Source: Balanoglossus misakiensis (Eukaryota > Animalia > Hemichordata). From it: a stretch of 64,000 bases of DNA. Made by a program: the position numbers and the translations under genes. The notes under the pieces are model-generated. The model was not told the DNA's origin. It was given only the letters and a program-made list of their open reading frames with translations, and searched no databases. The stretch's first letter is position 1. Every line of letters starts with the position of its first letter. Positions 1 to 13,615 of this stretch are shown piece by piece. Where the stretch lies: NCBI GenBank assembly GCA_040954595.2, contig CM082591.2:7182047-7246046 (forward strand), given 5' to 3'.

Positions 1-3000
1 CTTCCCTGGACTGAAGGAACTGACAAACATCCAACATGTAGTCGGATATTCTCCAAAGACACAGAATGCAGCCAAAGCAATCCACGAAAGTCTCTTCCCT
101 GAAGCCAAACTTCATCAACTCCATCTTCCAGATCCACCTCCTGGAGTATTATTTGTGTATGACGACTGGAACAAAGAAGATTGTGGCTTGACTGGGTTTC
201 ACAGAACTCTTGTACAAGATTTCTCTGCAAGAAAAGTCAAAGAAGAAACACCTGTTAACGCCTACTCCACATTTGTTGGTGTCAAAGTCAGTGATGACCA
301 GAAGGCAGATGCTGCCAAGTGTCGGGTTAAATTGATTCCAGCACAACAACTAGAAGGAATTGAACCAGATGAAGACAAGCCAGAATTAAAGTGGTTGATG
401 TATCATAAAATCTACTTTCCTGACTTACAAAAGTTAGAAAACATCCAGTATGTTGTTGGTTATGCTCCAAGAACTGGATTGGCTGCTGCCAATATCAGAA
501 AAAAATTGTTTCCTGATGCAGAATTAGTGATGATCAACCATGCCTATGAAGAACGCAACTGTCTGTTGAAACAACCAAAAGGGAAGTTTAGTGAAATGAT
601 GCTAAAGCTGGCCAGTGAAGCTGACATCATATTCTCAATTGGTCCAAGTATGTATGAGCATTTCAAGAATGAATACCGGGCTACCTTTGATGGCAGGGAA
701 CTACACATGATCCCTCATGCAGAGATTTTTCCCAGACCTGCTGAAGTCTTTTTCAGAAAAGACCCAACGTTCCTAGATGGAGTGACTACTCACAGCATAC
801 TGACATACGGGCAGATTGATACACAAGAAGCCTTGGACAGATGTGAGACAATAGCAGCTGCTATTGGAAGTGCAGCAAACATGGTGAAAGACTTTCACAA
901 CAAACTTCTGAATTGGTCAATACGGGGAGCAGGTGAGGCTGAACTGAAGCATATTCTACAGCAGATGAACAGCAATCATGTAATGGCATATCGTCACCCA
1001 GATTACTCAGAAAAGACCTTAATGATATCAGTGCATCAATCTCACAGTTGTCTTCCTGTCTCTGTCTACAAGGACTATCCATATAGCGGTTTAGAATCTA
1101 TAGCAGTTGGACTACCAACCTATCCTGATGAATATTCCCAGCTTGGAAAGTTAGTCAAGAAATACTTTCCATACTACGCAGAGAGATTTGTAGTGTCACA
1201 CTCATCTGATAAGATTTCGGAGAAGATAATATGGAGTGTCAAGAAGACCAGGTTAGCTTTTGAAGAAGCTAAGGAGCTGAAGAAGGCTTTCATGGAGAGT
1301 GAAGATGTCAAAAAGAGTTATGCAACATTTGCCAGTATGTTGACACCAAAGGGAAGAAAACAACAGGAAGATGAACATGACCAACGCACTAAAAAGGACA
1401 AACAAAATGCAACAGGTACAGTTTAAGTAATCTTATGTTTGGTTAAGGATTCATGGTTAAGTTTTCTTTATTCTTTAACTTCAAGGCTGGATGTCTGCAC
1501 TTTGAATTCAATCCTCATTCAGATAGTGTTGCAGCATGTTAATAAATAATGTGGCTCTATAAAGTTTCCCCATAACAATACCCCAACTGTACTATTTTGT
1601 TGTTGTTGAAAGACCAGATCTAAATGCACTGGTATATGAGGTATATACCGGTATGAGGTATGATATTTTGTGTTCTATTATCAGTTTAAACTTTTTTTTA
1701 GCCAGCTAATCATTCAAACAATGAGTTTGCTTCAAACATGTCATACAGCTTAGGGCGACGTTTTTATTTTCTGTGTTTCTCATCTCCCGACCGACCGTAA
1801 ATTTCAGCTCCGACATGAAAATAAAAAAAACTGTTTTATTTGCGCCGACTCTGAGCCTGAGGCGATCATCCTAGCAACAGCGCCCCCAACGGCTAATGGT
1901 GAGATTTTGCAAATATGACGTCATATTCATCATGGCGGTCGTTTCGGACCATGGCTGAAGCCATCGAGGCCGGAGGAAAGAAATTGTAGATAATGAAAGG
2001 ACAGAGCATTAAAGAGAAAGACAAGAAATTATAGTGACTAAAAGGACAGAGAGCACAAAACACTGGACTGAAAGATAAGAAATTGCAATGACTGAACAGC
2101 CAGAACATTGAACAGAAACAAATAGGCCTACACATTTGTTTGTAATGGATAAAACATGGAACTGAAACAGTTTTTTTTTTTTTTTGGTACACGTTTTTTT
2201 TTATTTCCCCCGCCCGCCCTGCCTGACTATTCCTCTGGAGATGAGAAACAAATAAAAAAAAGGGTCATTCTTATGTACTTCTACCATTCTGAAACAGCAA
2301 TTGCAGTTCCAGTCCAGCCAGATGGAGATGTTCGTCAACAAAATCCAACAACAGCAGAGCAGCAGACACCAAGTCAACCACCAGCAAAGAGAACAGCTGA
2401 AGAAGCATTGAATGACACAAACCGACAAACTACGAAAGTCCACATTAAGGAATTGGATGAAACGGATACAAGTATGACAGCAGAGCCGCTACAAAACACA
2501 GAAAACCATGATGACACAACAATTACAATCCATCTCGGACTGGATGAAAATGCCTATCAGCAGCATCTACGAGACGAAACACCGAACGAGGCAATGCAGC
2601 AGGCGGCTTCTGCATCTTGGGACAAATGCAAACAGGGGTTGGAGAGAAGAGCAGCTGAAGTGGTAACCAACGGTGATGACATCAACAAAGTCAAGAAGGC
2701 CTGCACTGATAAACTGGGTGAAGTGGACATAACCAATATGGAAACAGGGTCTCTGCAAATCACAGCCGACATGCGTAGACTTTATAATCTCTACAGATTG
2801 CGGGGAAGCTGTCTTGAAGATTCAAGAAGTTTAGCCAAGGCATTAGAACCAATCTTGATGACAGATGAAATGAGAAAGGAGGCCAACAGAACTGGAATTC
2901 CACTACAGTTGACAGCAACATATGACCAAGCTAGGTTTGATGAACTGGAACTATTCTTTCTGAACAGTAAGTTTTGTTTATCAGATATGGCTATAATAAA

Positions 3001-6000
3001 ACTCTCAGATTATTGATTAAACCAGAAAAAATTGGTTGCAATTGCCTTCCAAAAGAGATTAAAATCTTTCTGAAGCATGGTATTTAATTTATCAAGTTGA
3101 TTTGACAAAGATTTCATATCAACATTTCTACTCAATGTACATGTAACTTGTTTGACATATAGATGAAATAGGATAACTTAAATTTTCAATGACTTCTGTG
3201 TGTATACGTAATTGTTGTAACAGTAACAGATATGATTTCCTAGAAAAAATGTTTTATTTATTATCTTTCAGGAGATGGTGGAGGAATAGGACCAGTGGTA
3301 TGTAAGGACAGTGTAGACGATGAATATGTCAATGAGATACTGGCCGAGGTATGCTTTGTAATTTTAACCCTTAAAGTGCCACACCTGACCAATTGCAAGC
3401 CAAGCTGCTTTTGGATGATTATTGTCTTCCAGAGTCATGTTGACTACACAGGTCAATTTATTGTGAGTGCTAAAAAAATATGACAGTGATAGATGCATGA
3501 TGAATTTATGCACTTCATAATGTATCCGGTAAAAGGATAAAGCCTTTTATGCAGCATAACTTCCAATTTCAGGTTGACAGAACACACCTAACTTTGCAAC
3601 AGGAGGTTACAGAAAAATATGTTGATATTGAACAGACTGACCTGAAACAAAGTGAGTAATTTAATATAAATAATAGTCAAGTACTGGAAACATTTGGTAC
3701 GTACTCTAGTCCACATTTGTTCATCTTTTGACTTTCTGGTCCAGCTGTGATCAGATAAACTTGGGCATATATTTTGCTTAGAACACACTGACCACAATTT
3801 TCAAACGAACACTTATATACACAGTGGGGGATATGTGCACACACTGCACATAAGGCTTCATAAATATTCACAGATTAGAATGGATTTTTGTCTTCAACAT
3901 TTCAGTCTTTCAAATGCTCAGAGATTGGGCATGATATTTCAAATGCAATCGTAAATAATTACTGACATGAATGGTTTGTTAACAATTACACACATATTTG
4001 ACTTGTCAGTGTACACTTACACTATAATGTCCTGACTTTTTTTTTATCTGAGGGATGATGTAGGAAGGATTTTGTTGTGGCCATGATATCTGGTTATGGG
4101 TTATATTTTACATTCAACACCGTGAACCACTTATTCTTTCTTCATAACCAGCTTAATTGGATTCTTCATGTGCCAAGACTTAAAACCTGATTTTGTGCGT
4201 ATTTTGCAGGTGGGATATTATCCAAGTTGTTGTTCCTTGAGATTGATCCGACACGAGAAATCCAGAAGTCAGCTGACAAATATGCACCTCTGATACTCAA
4301 CAGTGAGCAGTGTAAAAGACAGAAAGGAAGACAGTGTGACATCATACAACTTACAGTGAAAATGACCGAGAAAGTTCAGCATATCCTATCTCACACACCT
4401 CAAGTCTTAGAGTTACTGGGTGTTAGAAGGTATCTTATGACTGACACAGAAAGGATGGATTTTACTGAAGCAGGTAATTCACAAATATGATGCAAACAGC
4501 ACATTTGCTTTACAATTTTAGGAAGTATGTTTGCTGCACTTTGTAACAAAAAGTAAATAGGAACATACACAGCTATGCACTGTGCAACATGAATGAAACT
4601 TTATAATAGTTTTGCAATATTATCATTCTCTATGTGTGATAATTATGGAACTTAATACATGTCCAAGGTTACTTGATATCAATAAAATTTATCTACATTC
4701 TACATTTCAGAGTTGGAAGATGAAATCACACTACATGGCAGACCAATTCATCCCATACCAGCAGAGTCTATCAGCTTACAAGCAAAAAGCTTACTGCCCT
4801 TTGAAGCTAGTGCAAAGCATCTCAAAGAACTGCAAAAACTGTTGGATGGGGCCCTGACAGAGAAGTCAAAAATTCAGACTGAGTCAGTTGAGAATAAGAG
4901 AAAGCTAGTTGGAGAAATCACTAAACTGCAGACTGAGTCAGTTGAGAATAAGAGAAAGGTAGTTGGAGAAATCACTAAACTGCAGACTGAGTCAGTTGAG
5001 AATAAGAGAAAGGTAGTTAAAGAAAACACTAAACTGCAGACAGAGAAGATGATTCTAGAGAATCAGTTGAAAGAAGCACTTCAGGAAAAGTCACTCTTAG
5101 AAGAGCAGTACAAACAGAAACTTGCAAGTGTTGAGAAAGTAGCCTCAACACAACTTATGGATGTCATTTCCCTGAAGCAAAGATTGAGAGATTCAGACCC
5201 TAGAAACATCCAAGAGCTGGAAACTAAACTTGACCAGCAAGAACAAACCATAACTGAGCTAAAGTCAAAATTATCCAAAATTCAGGATGAGCAATCTGAC
5301 ACTGAGCTGCAACTGAAAACTGCTAAAACTCTTCAACTGGAAGAAGATGCAAAATTGGAAACTGGACAAGGTGAGATTGATATAAATCTGCTTCGATTAT
5401 TCCTGCATCAAGAAAAATCTTCCAGCTCATATAGATTAGAAAAAAATGCAAGTTTCCATTGTTGTAAGAATTATAACCAAGTACTTAACATTTAATTATA
5501 TTTGTAGGTAAACTCACACCATCTGATGTGCCTCTCAAGAAAGATGACACAGGAGACATATCACCTGTAACCATGGCTACAAAAGATGAAGATGAGCCTG
5601 TGAAACCAGCAACAATGCAACCTGAGATGGCATCAGAAGAAACAGGAGCAGAGAAAGCCAGACATCCACAACCGGAGACAATGGGAAAAGAAGACACCGA
5701 GACTGTGGCCGAGATGACGGAAGAAGGAGTCGATGGAACTGAGACTACAGGTAGTCAAGAGATATCTGAGGATACAAAGGGAGCCAGTGTTTCAGCAGAA
5801 TCTTCTAAAACAGATTTATCAGGTATGTCCATTACATCTCAGTGTTGGAAAACAACAGTTAAGTACATATCAGTATGCTGATACTACTAAAGGGGCAAAT
5901 TGATTCAACACTTCAAGTAAAATTAATGTCTATGTCATCTCTCCACTACAGGAAGTCAAGAGATATCTGAGGATACAAAGGGAGCCAGTGTTTCAGCAGA

Positions 6001-9000
6001 ATCTTCAGAAACTGGTATGTGCATTCCATCTCAATGTTGGAAAATAACAGTTGAATACATGTGTTGATACCAAGGGATCAGTTGATTCAAAACTTCAAGT
6101 AAAATAAATGTCTAAGTCATCTCTCCACTACAGGAAGTAAAGAGATATCTGAGGATACAAAGGGAGCCAGTGTTTCAGCAGAACCTTCTAAAACAGGTAT
6201 GTGCATTCTCAGTGTTGGAAAATAAGTTGAATACGTGTGTTGATAATAAGGGATCAGTTGATTCAAAACTTCAAGTAAATGTTGAATCATTGGTTGCCAG
6301 ACTTCTACCGGTACTACCAAACTGCATTGTGTGTAAATGTATAATATAAGAAAACTTGATGACATAACATTTATGGCACTTACCAGAAACCTTGACATCA
6401 CAACGCAAATTTTTACAAGTATGAGGCAAGATGAGAATAGAGGTCTGGTCACCAACAATTCAGAGAGTTCAAAATCATTATAAGAAACTTTTCACTTGAT
6501 CAAACATAAACAAAGTAACGTCAGAAGATACCAACCTTGTCATCTTTGAATTCAACTTTGTATTCTTTGCAAGAATAGATTGGCTGTCTGGTCATTGATG
6601 AATACTTTTGTCTGTAAATTAGAAACATCAAAATGCGTGCAGATATTGACTCAATATCAATATCATGTGGATGAGATTGTTATGATCAATTCTGCAAGAG
6701 CATTTGATGGAGCATCAAGGTGTGCCAGAATAGAAAAAAGAAAAGCTATGAGCCAATTTGTGTGTAAATGTCCAATGTACAAGTAGGCTGATTATTGGCA
6801 AACAGCATAAAGCAATATAAAATAGAACAGTGGTTCAACCCTCTGTTTTGATTGGTATGGTTGAATCCATATGCAACAGAAAGGGGTGAAAGGTTCACTC
6901 TTTGTTACAGTGGCCAGAAATAAAACAACTCTGGTCCAGGGTGAAAATGCTCAATTTCTGCAATTTCAACCACTAGCTACAATCATTCAATTTCTTCATT
7001 TGACTTTTGAATTGTCATATGTAGATATTCAACAATATCAAGAAACTTTAATTTTGTTTTGATTATAAATAATCAAAAAAGGTAATTCAAATTAGGAACT
7101 TACCAATTTTTTATCCAAGTGACAATCTCGAACAGCCAGTGGTGTTGAGACAGACTATTTATCATGACTCATCCTAAGTAACTGCAGGTTTTCCATCTCT
7201 CAGATCATCTGCAATGATGTCACTATATAAGTGGTTAGGGTATATTCTTGCAAAAAAATATATCACTAAATTTCCAACAATACATTTTACTTTCCAATAA
7301 ATTCTTTAAAGTTAGAAAGGTTTACACCAATAATTTTCTCAAGGGTTTATTCACAAAAATACTCACCTGGTCAAAGAAAGTACCAGCCCTCTCGGCTAAG
7401 GAGTAGATAATTCTTCTCTGTTCACCAATATGACAATTACTGATTGAAAAGCAGACCATCTCTGGTTGGCTGGAAAAAGAAACAAAATCTTCGGCACAAC
7501 AACATTACAGATAGTATATAAAGTTAGAAATACTTTGTATTATAATAGTCTGTCAATGAAATGACAGATAGCTTTTTTCTTTATATTGCAAAGCAATAGA
7601 AATAGTTTCAGAAATTGATGTTTGTCTTGTTGCCCTGGTTTGAAAAGCTACAAGTATAAGGTAGGCAATGATCCTTGAGACATTGTTCAAGAATTTTTAT
7701 ATAAGACCCACTAATTCCAAAATTACAAGGCAAAGATTATTCCTGTACTGATCTGTTAAGATGTGTTACCATGACAACAATACTGTCACTAAATCCATTG
7801 AGCAGTTGAATAGGAACATTTTTTATGGGTTACAAAGACCATAAATAAAGTGATAATTTCAGGTAATATTTCTGCTACTTGTTTTCAAAAATAGAATTAT
7901 TAACTGATATTAACATTTTGTCCAGTTTCCATGGTTACTTGGTATTGGAAAATGTGTAGATATAGAGTACTTTGGCAGAAATATATCATGGCAATAACTC
8001 GCTAAATTTGTAAAAAAAAAGGTTTAAAGTTATATTAAAACACTAATTTTAGCACATTGCCAATGTTTTACAAAATACATTGAGGTTCAGTTGTCATGGT
8101 TACCAGTGAATAATGCTACCATCATACATTTTTTCCTAAAAATAATGGACCAAAGAATTATCCCTGAAACTCAGTTCAAGAATTGTTATGAAATGTCTAC
8201 TGAGTCAAAAGTTGCAAGTAAAAGATTATTTTTGAACTAATTTCTTTGAATGTGTTACCATGGCAACATCAACGATAGTATATCTATTGAATGGTTAAAT
8301 AAGATAGTCTTTTATGTATATTATAATATCAAAAATAGACAAAGTACATTTCCTCCTAGCTATATTGCAGAGAAAAAGAAATAGTTCAAGAAACTCATGG
8401 TTACTCTGGTTGCCATGGTTATTTGTCACTGTAAACATTGTGTAGAAAAACTACCCCTTAGTAGTTCAGTTGTCATAGCAATGATTCGTTTATTTTGTAA
8501 TATGTTTTCTCTTGTTAAAATGAACAATAAAACACTAACTCTAGCATATTCCTAATGCATTGCAATACAGCATGTGTGACCTTTGACCTTTGTTTCACCT
8601 AACAGGTCACTGGTCAGTGAGGACACTGGATGGCCAAAGTCCAAAGCCAGGGCGAAAGTTTAAATACCCGTGTGGTATGGTGTTCCATGGTGACAAACTG
8701 GTGGTGTGTGACCAAGGCAACAGGGTTGTACAGATACTGAATCAAGATTACACCTGTGACAAAGTCTTGGGAAGTTTTGATGGTCAGTTTGCAGAACCAT
8801 TCCATCCACAGGATGTAGCTGTCTCCCATGACAACATCTACTTCATAAGTGATGATGGAAATTCTCAAATTGTTGTTTGTGATCAAAACAATAAAATTCT
8901 TAGAATAATTACTCTACCTGCAGGCGTCGATGTCTGGGGCATCGCTCTACTGAATGGATTTGTTTTGGTCACTGAGGTCAAAGGTGATCGGCTACTCAAG

Positions 9001-9423
9001 TACACCCAAGATGGTCAGTATGTTGCAGAGGTTGGTGGTCGAGGTGATGGCCAAACACAATTCAATTTCCCACTCTCTGTGGTGGTCAACAGTAAGAATG
9101 TCATTATGGTGTCTGACTGTAACAATCACTGCATCAAGTGTTTTGATTCTGAATTGAAATTCTTGTATCAATTTGGTGTGAGAGGTTCAGGTCCTGGTCA
9201 GCTGTGGAGTCCAGACAGCATTGACATCGATGACGACGATAATTTGTTTGTGTGTGATTGGATGAATCATAGGATTGTGAAATGGAGATTTGATGGAGAG
9301 TGGATCTGTCACTTATTTGAAGGGGAGGTGAGACGCCCCTGGTTCCTTGCAGTCAGTGGTGACAGAATTACTGTTAGAGAGGATGGCAGAGACCAAATCA
9401 AAGTATTCTACAAGCAGACATAA
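1..9423 (+). CDS. Copy A (5'-partial) multi-exon gene: GT4-like glycosyltransferase domain, TRADD-N-like domain, coiled coil, acidic linker, NHL beta-propeller
   Basis: Frame-consistent GT-AG exons: <1-1415, 2298(or 2307)-2966, 3272-3348, 3573-3651, 4210-4473, 4711-5370, 5508-5822, 5952-6014, 6134-6196, 8606-9423. GT4-like C-terminal motif SGLESIAVGLP; NHL blades of type F-x-x-P-x-G/S...V-x-D-x-x-N-x-R/C-I. Paralogous to copies B and C. Confidence 0.85.
1750..2273. mobile_element. MITE with imperfect TIRs in copy A intron
   Basis: Ends ttagggcgacg...tttctcatctcc and ggagatgagaaac...gggtcattctta. An inverted near-copy is at ~39436-39894. Confidence 0.7.
4872..5043 (+). repeat. Three 54-nt coding tandem repeats (18 aa, LQTESVENKRKLVGEITK) in the coiled-coil exon
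   Basis: cagactgagtcagttgagaataagagaaag recurs every 54 nt; also at ~26186-26357 and ~52251-52422. Confidence 0.9.
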
Positions 9424-11965
9424 ACATCACCATGAAATACATGTCCACACGAAATCAAAAAACAGTGACATTTGGGAGAAAATTTAGAGGCTGCGGCAAT
9501 AAATTTACGATTGATTGCATGCCATGGCAACAAAGTTCAAACTGAACCAATGTCACTTTCACAATTTTTGGAGTTATTTTCCACATTTTGAAGAAAAATT
9601 CCGAACAGAAATTAATTGTACGTGCAGTCGCTACATGTACTGAGTGTAGGCAAAATAAACTGAGGGTGTTTTGAGTAATTTTTGCAGTTTATTTTGAGGG
9701 ATTTTGAGACAAGACTGTTTGAAACTGAATGCATTTCGTCAACTTGGCATGTAAACAATCAAAAATTGGGATCTTTTTTCCACATTTACAAAGCTCATTT
9801 TGGAAAAAAAATATTTCAGTCTACAGTCGCTTCATGTAACGAGTATAAACAATTCAAAACTGAGTCGTTTTGGAATATTTTTACTCGTTTTTTTCATGAA
9901 TTTTGACATGGAGGGGTCTGAAAGTTATGATGTGCACAGTCCACTTCCCATCAGATCTCCATTGCATCCGAAAGGATGAAGGCGTTTCATCAATTTTATA
10001 TGTGTGCAAAACAATTCTAAAAACTTACCTGTAAATCGCCAGAGATATATATTGTATTGTGATCTGTAAATATTTCCATTCGATAGTCCAAAATAATTGT
10101 TATTTCAAATATATATGAAGAAAGGATGCGCGACCGGTAATCTTTTAGTTTTACCGCCATTTGTTTTGAACTGTGTTGAGGGCGCACAGTTCAATGAACG
10201 AAGGGGGGAGCTTGACTTAAACGGCAGAGGGCGCTATGACTATTTCTGCTATCAGGAATAGGAATCGATTGTGCTTCACGAACATTGACATACGGTAAAG
10301 TGTGTTTTCGTCAGCGTAAAATGTATGTATGAACTTGGAGAAATATATTCATTTGAGACATATTTTAGTCGTTCTTGTAAATAATCATGTTCTCTATTTG
10401 ATATTGTAAATATCGTGGTATGTTCTTGAATTTGCTAGCAAGATAAACTTTTCACAAACTTTAATAGGTAAACTTGATGAAATGGGAACTGTAGTATAAA
10501 TATTCTCGTTGCCTTTTTCGCATTGTTGAACATAGCAGGTTTTTGTCAGCGTAAAAATGTACATATGGACCTGGAGAAATATATTCATTTGAGGCATATA
10601 TTTTAGTGTGTATTGCTCTCTATTTGATATTGTAAATATCCTGTTCTTGTTATGTTCTTGAATTTGCAATCAAGATGAAGTTTTCACAAAGGTAAACTTG
10701 ATGAAATGGTACTGCTAGATTTTCAGAACAATTTATTTTTTCTTCCTGGCCTAAGGTTGAGATTCTATTGACGACCGACCATACATGTACGGTCCAATAT
10801 GAAAGCAGCTGTCTGTGACCAACTCCAAAATTGCGCCCCCAAACACCACCACCACTACGTAGGTGATTCCAAAGTGATTCCAAAAGACGAGTTTGTATTA
10901 TTTTTTTGCCATTTCTTTATTTTCATCTAAAAATGGTCACCAAAATTGAGAATTGACAATTGTGTGCAATTTTAAAAAAGACAATAATTGTTTGTATCCA
11001 TACCTTTTCTGATGATTACTCCTGAAATTGAGAGAAGATACTTTGTAGCTGAAGGAAATATTTTCTAAAATTCTATAAATTACATATATTATAGCGTTTT
11101 GCAACTATTAGTACATTCTATATTTAAAATTAGCTTTCTGAATGTGAACATTCTAGACAAATGCATACAAATATCTGGCATAAACTCTGTAAGTTTTACA
11201 CAATGTTAGAAAAAAAGATGTTTTTCATAATTTCATAATTTTATCACACAGTTGTGAATTGAATGCATGCGCACAATTATCCCCAAACAAAAATGACTTA
11301 TCTAAAATAATGAGTGTTGCTCAGTTTTCTGTTTGATAACAGATTTGTGTTTGCTTAAAGCAAAACACACAGTTGATTCAGAAAGATATGTATTATTTCA
11401 ATAAATGCCCAGATTTGCAAATCTCAAAATTGGCCATCTTTTAACCAACTTTTTCTTAAAGCAATATTTTTCAATGTGTTGCCTTATAAAGCTCACATTT
11501 TATAACAATCAATAATAAATCTTTCTAAAAAAATCTTTGCCATGCTGATGCCATGCAGACTTTAATAAACATGATTGTAAACCATTTACATAATCCTAAG
11601 TCATATGTGCATATCCTAACTATCGATTTTAGTTCCGGCATGCTGGACTCATTTTTGTGTTGTCTGCTTGGAGATGACGCCATGTTTTGGAAGGGCGCCC
11701 TCTATAGCAAAAAGGCGTACGCAGATCAAAATGAAGCTCAACCTACAATACTAACTTCAGCTTTGAGCAGATTTTCAAAATATCCCAGCATTACGAACCC
11801 GGACATCTGCTATGGATGTACAATCATGACCAATATGCACACTATGTAAAAGTAAATCTATCAACTGCACATCATCCCACCAACCACTAAAGATAATTTC
11901 AGCCTCTCGTCTTATAAAAGATTTGAGAACAGTATGTCAATCTCAACATTATTACGTTTAATTGT

Positions 11966-12193
11966 CAGGGTTCTCAACACGCTGGTTAGCAGTGGTCAGG
12001 CTGACCAGCACTTAAGTTAAAAGCCAGCAACCAAAGGCTGCCCGCAGGTACTAAATGTATTGTCTACTCAATCCAGTCTATTGTCTTATTTTGATATGTT
12101 GATGAAGTGGTATGACTTGCAACAGTCATGAATATTAATGAGTATGAATATTAATGAGTAGCCAGCACTAAAGTCAACCATGTGAGAACCCTG
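11966..12193. mobile_element. hAT-like MITE (CAGGGTTCTCA TIR)
   Basis: cagggttctca...tgagaaccctg flanked by aattgt on both sides. Homologues at ~34755-34980 and ~58643-58813. Confidence 0.55.
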
Positions 12194-13615
12194 AATTGTA
12201 TTTGACACCAACTGATATTTTTCACATGATTTGTAATTTTCAAGAATTATTTTTCTTCAAGAATATACCACAGGTTTAGCATGTAATTGCGCATCAAACA
12301 TAAATTGTAATCTAAATTTTATCTTTAAAACTCTTAATACGATGTCTGCTTCTCTTGAATATTAAATTGTTTATAAAAATATAGCTAAAATTGCTACATT
12401 CTAGAAGACTTAATGAATAAAGTTGAAATGGCTGACATGCAATAGTCTTGCTGAACTCTCTAATTGGTGACAATTGTCAAAAAATATGTTCTTTAAAGGG
12501 TGACGATCGTCTTATGTGCATGTGTCAAACAAGTGACAGTGGCAATTTAGTTTGTGTAAATCACTCATCAATATCCATGACAACTTGTCAGAATAAGATG
12601 CAATATGAAATGTGACCATATTTTGAAATACATGTAACCAATGAACTCTGACATGAGACCATGACCACTTTTTACCTCAGAGGTTGGACACTGTTCATCA
12701 AATACCAAGAACTGCTGATAGTCTGACCACACAGAGACTACGCAAATCTATTTGAGTATTAAAGCAGCCAAATGCAAGAAAATAATTATCCTACGATCAC
12801 ATCTTTAAATGTTTATGAAAAATTTAGAAAGAAAACATGATACAATAATTTGACAAACTATTTTTACCTAGAACTGTACTCGTGTTTAGTATGCAGGACT
12901 CTATTTTAGAAAAATATATTGCATCAAAACATTCTACAACTACTAATCAACATAGAAATGCAGCATTTATTTTTGTCTATTACACAATATAAGCATCATT
13001 ATTGGCACAGTTACCCATCTTTCCATGATTTTTTGCAAGAGCATCAGTGATGCTGAAAATAGCCAGAAGTTAATGAAACATCCAGCTGTCAGGTAAAAAA
13101 GCCTGCCATTATTGAAATTCTTCAATATCAATCACATGATCTGGCCATGTGACCCACAGCATTGTCATTTCCAGGTGACGGGCAAGCAATATTTCAGCAT
13201 CCAGTAAAAGTTTTTCCGGGTATGTTTGTACATGTACTTAAAAACCGCCAGACATGTATCAGGCATGGTGCCTCATCAACCTCAACTTCAAGGCATTATG
13301 TTTGCACAGTCGTCATCAGCACCACATCGCTAAAGTTGCCCGTCAGCTGGAAATTTGAATGCCAACGTAACTGCGTCTGGGCGTGTGTGACGTCATTTGA
13401 TATTGGAGAATAATCAAATATCAGATTGGTGGATCAATGCAAAAGATGCTTTTTTATCAGCTTTAACCCTTTCACCCCTATTTCCAGTAGAAAGGTCCAG
13501 AACTGGTACAGAGAACAAGTGAGTTGAACCAAACCATGGTGAACACGGCAGTATTTGTGTGTGTGCAAAATCAAAATGACCAATAAGATGACGATTGAGA
13601 GATGTCTACAGATTT

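Noticed and set aside
155-1426. ORF-track starts and ends (e.g. 155, 2156, 4713, 8590, 23768, 49203) as independent genes
   Set aside because: They are exons of the spliced genes; the ORF termini run into introns.
9682-11849. Short ORFs recurring in all three units (MQFILRDF..., MQIQEH..., ...MFWKGALYSKK...)
   Set aside because: Recurrence reflects recent segmental duplication; frames are broken differently among copies and no motifs are recognisable.
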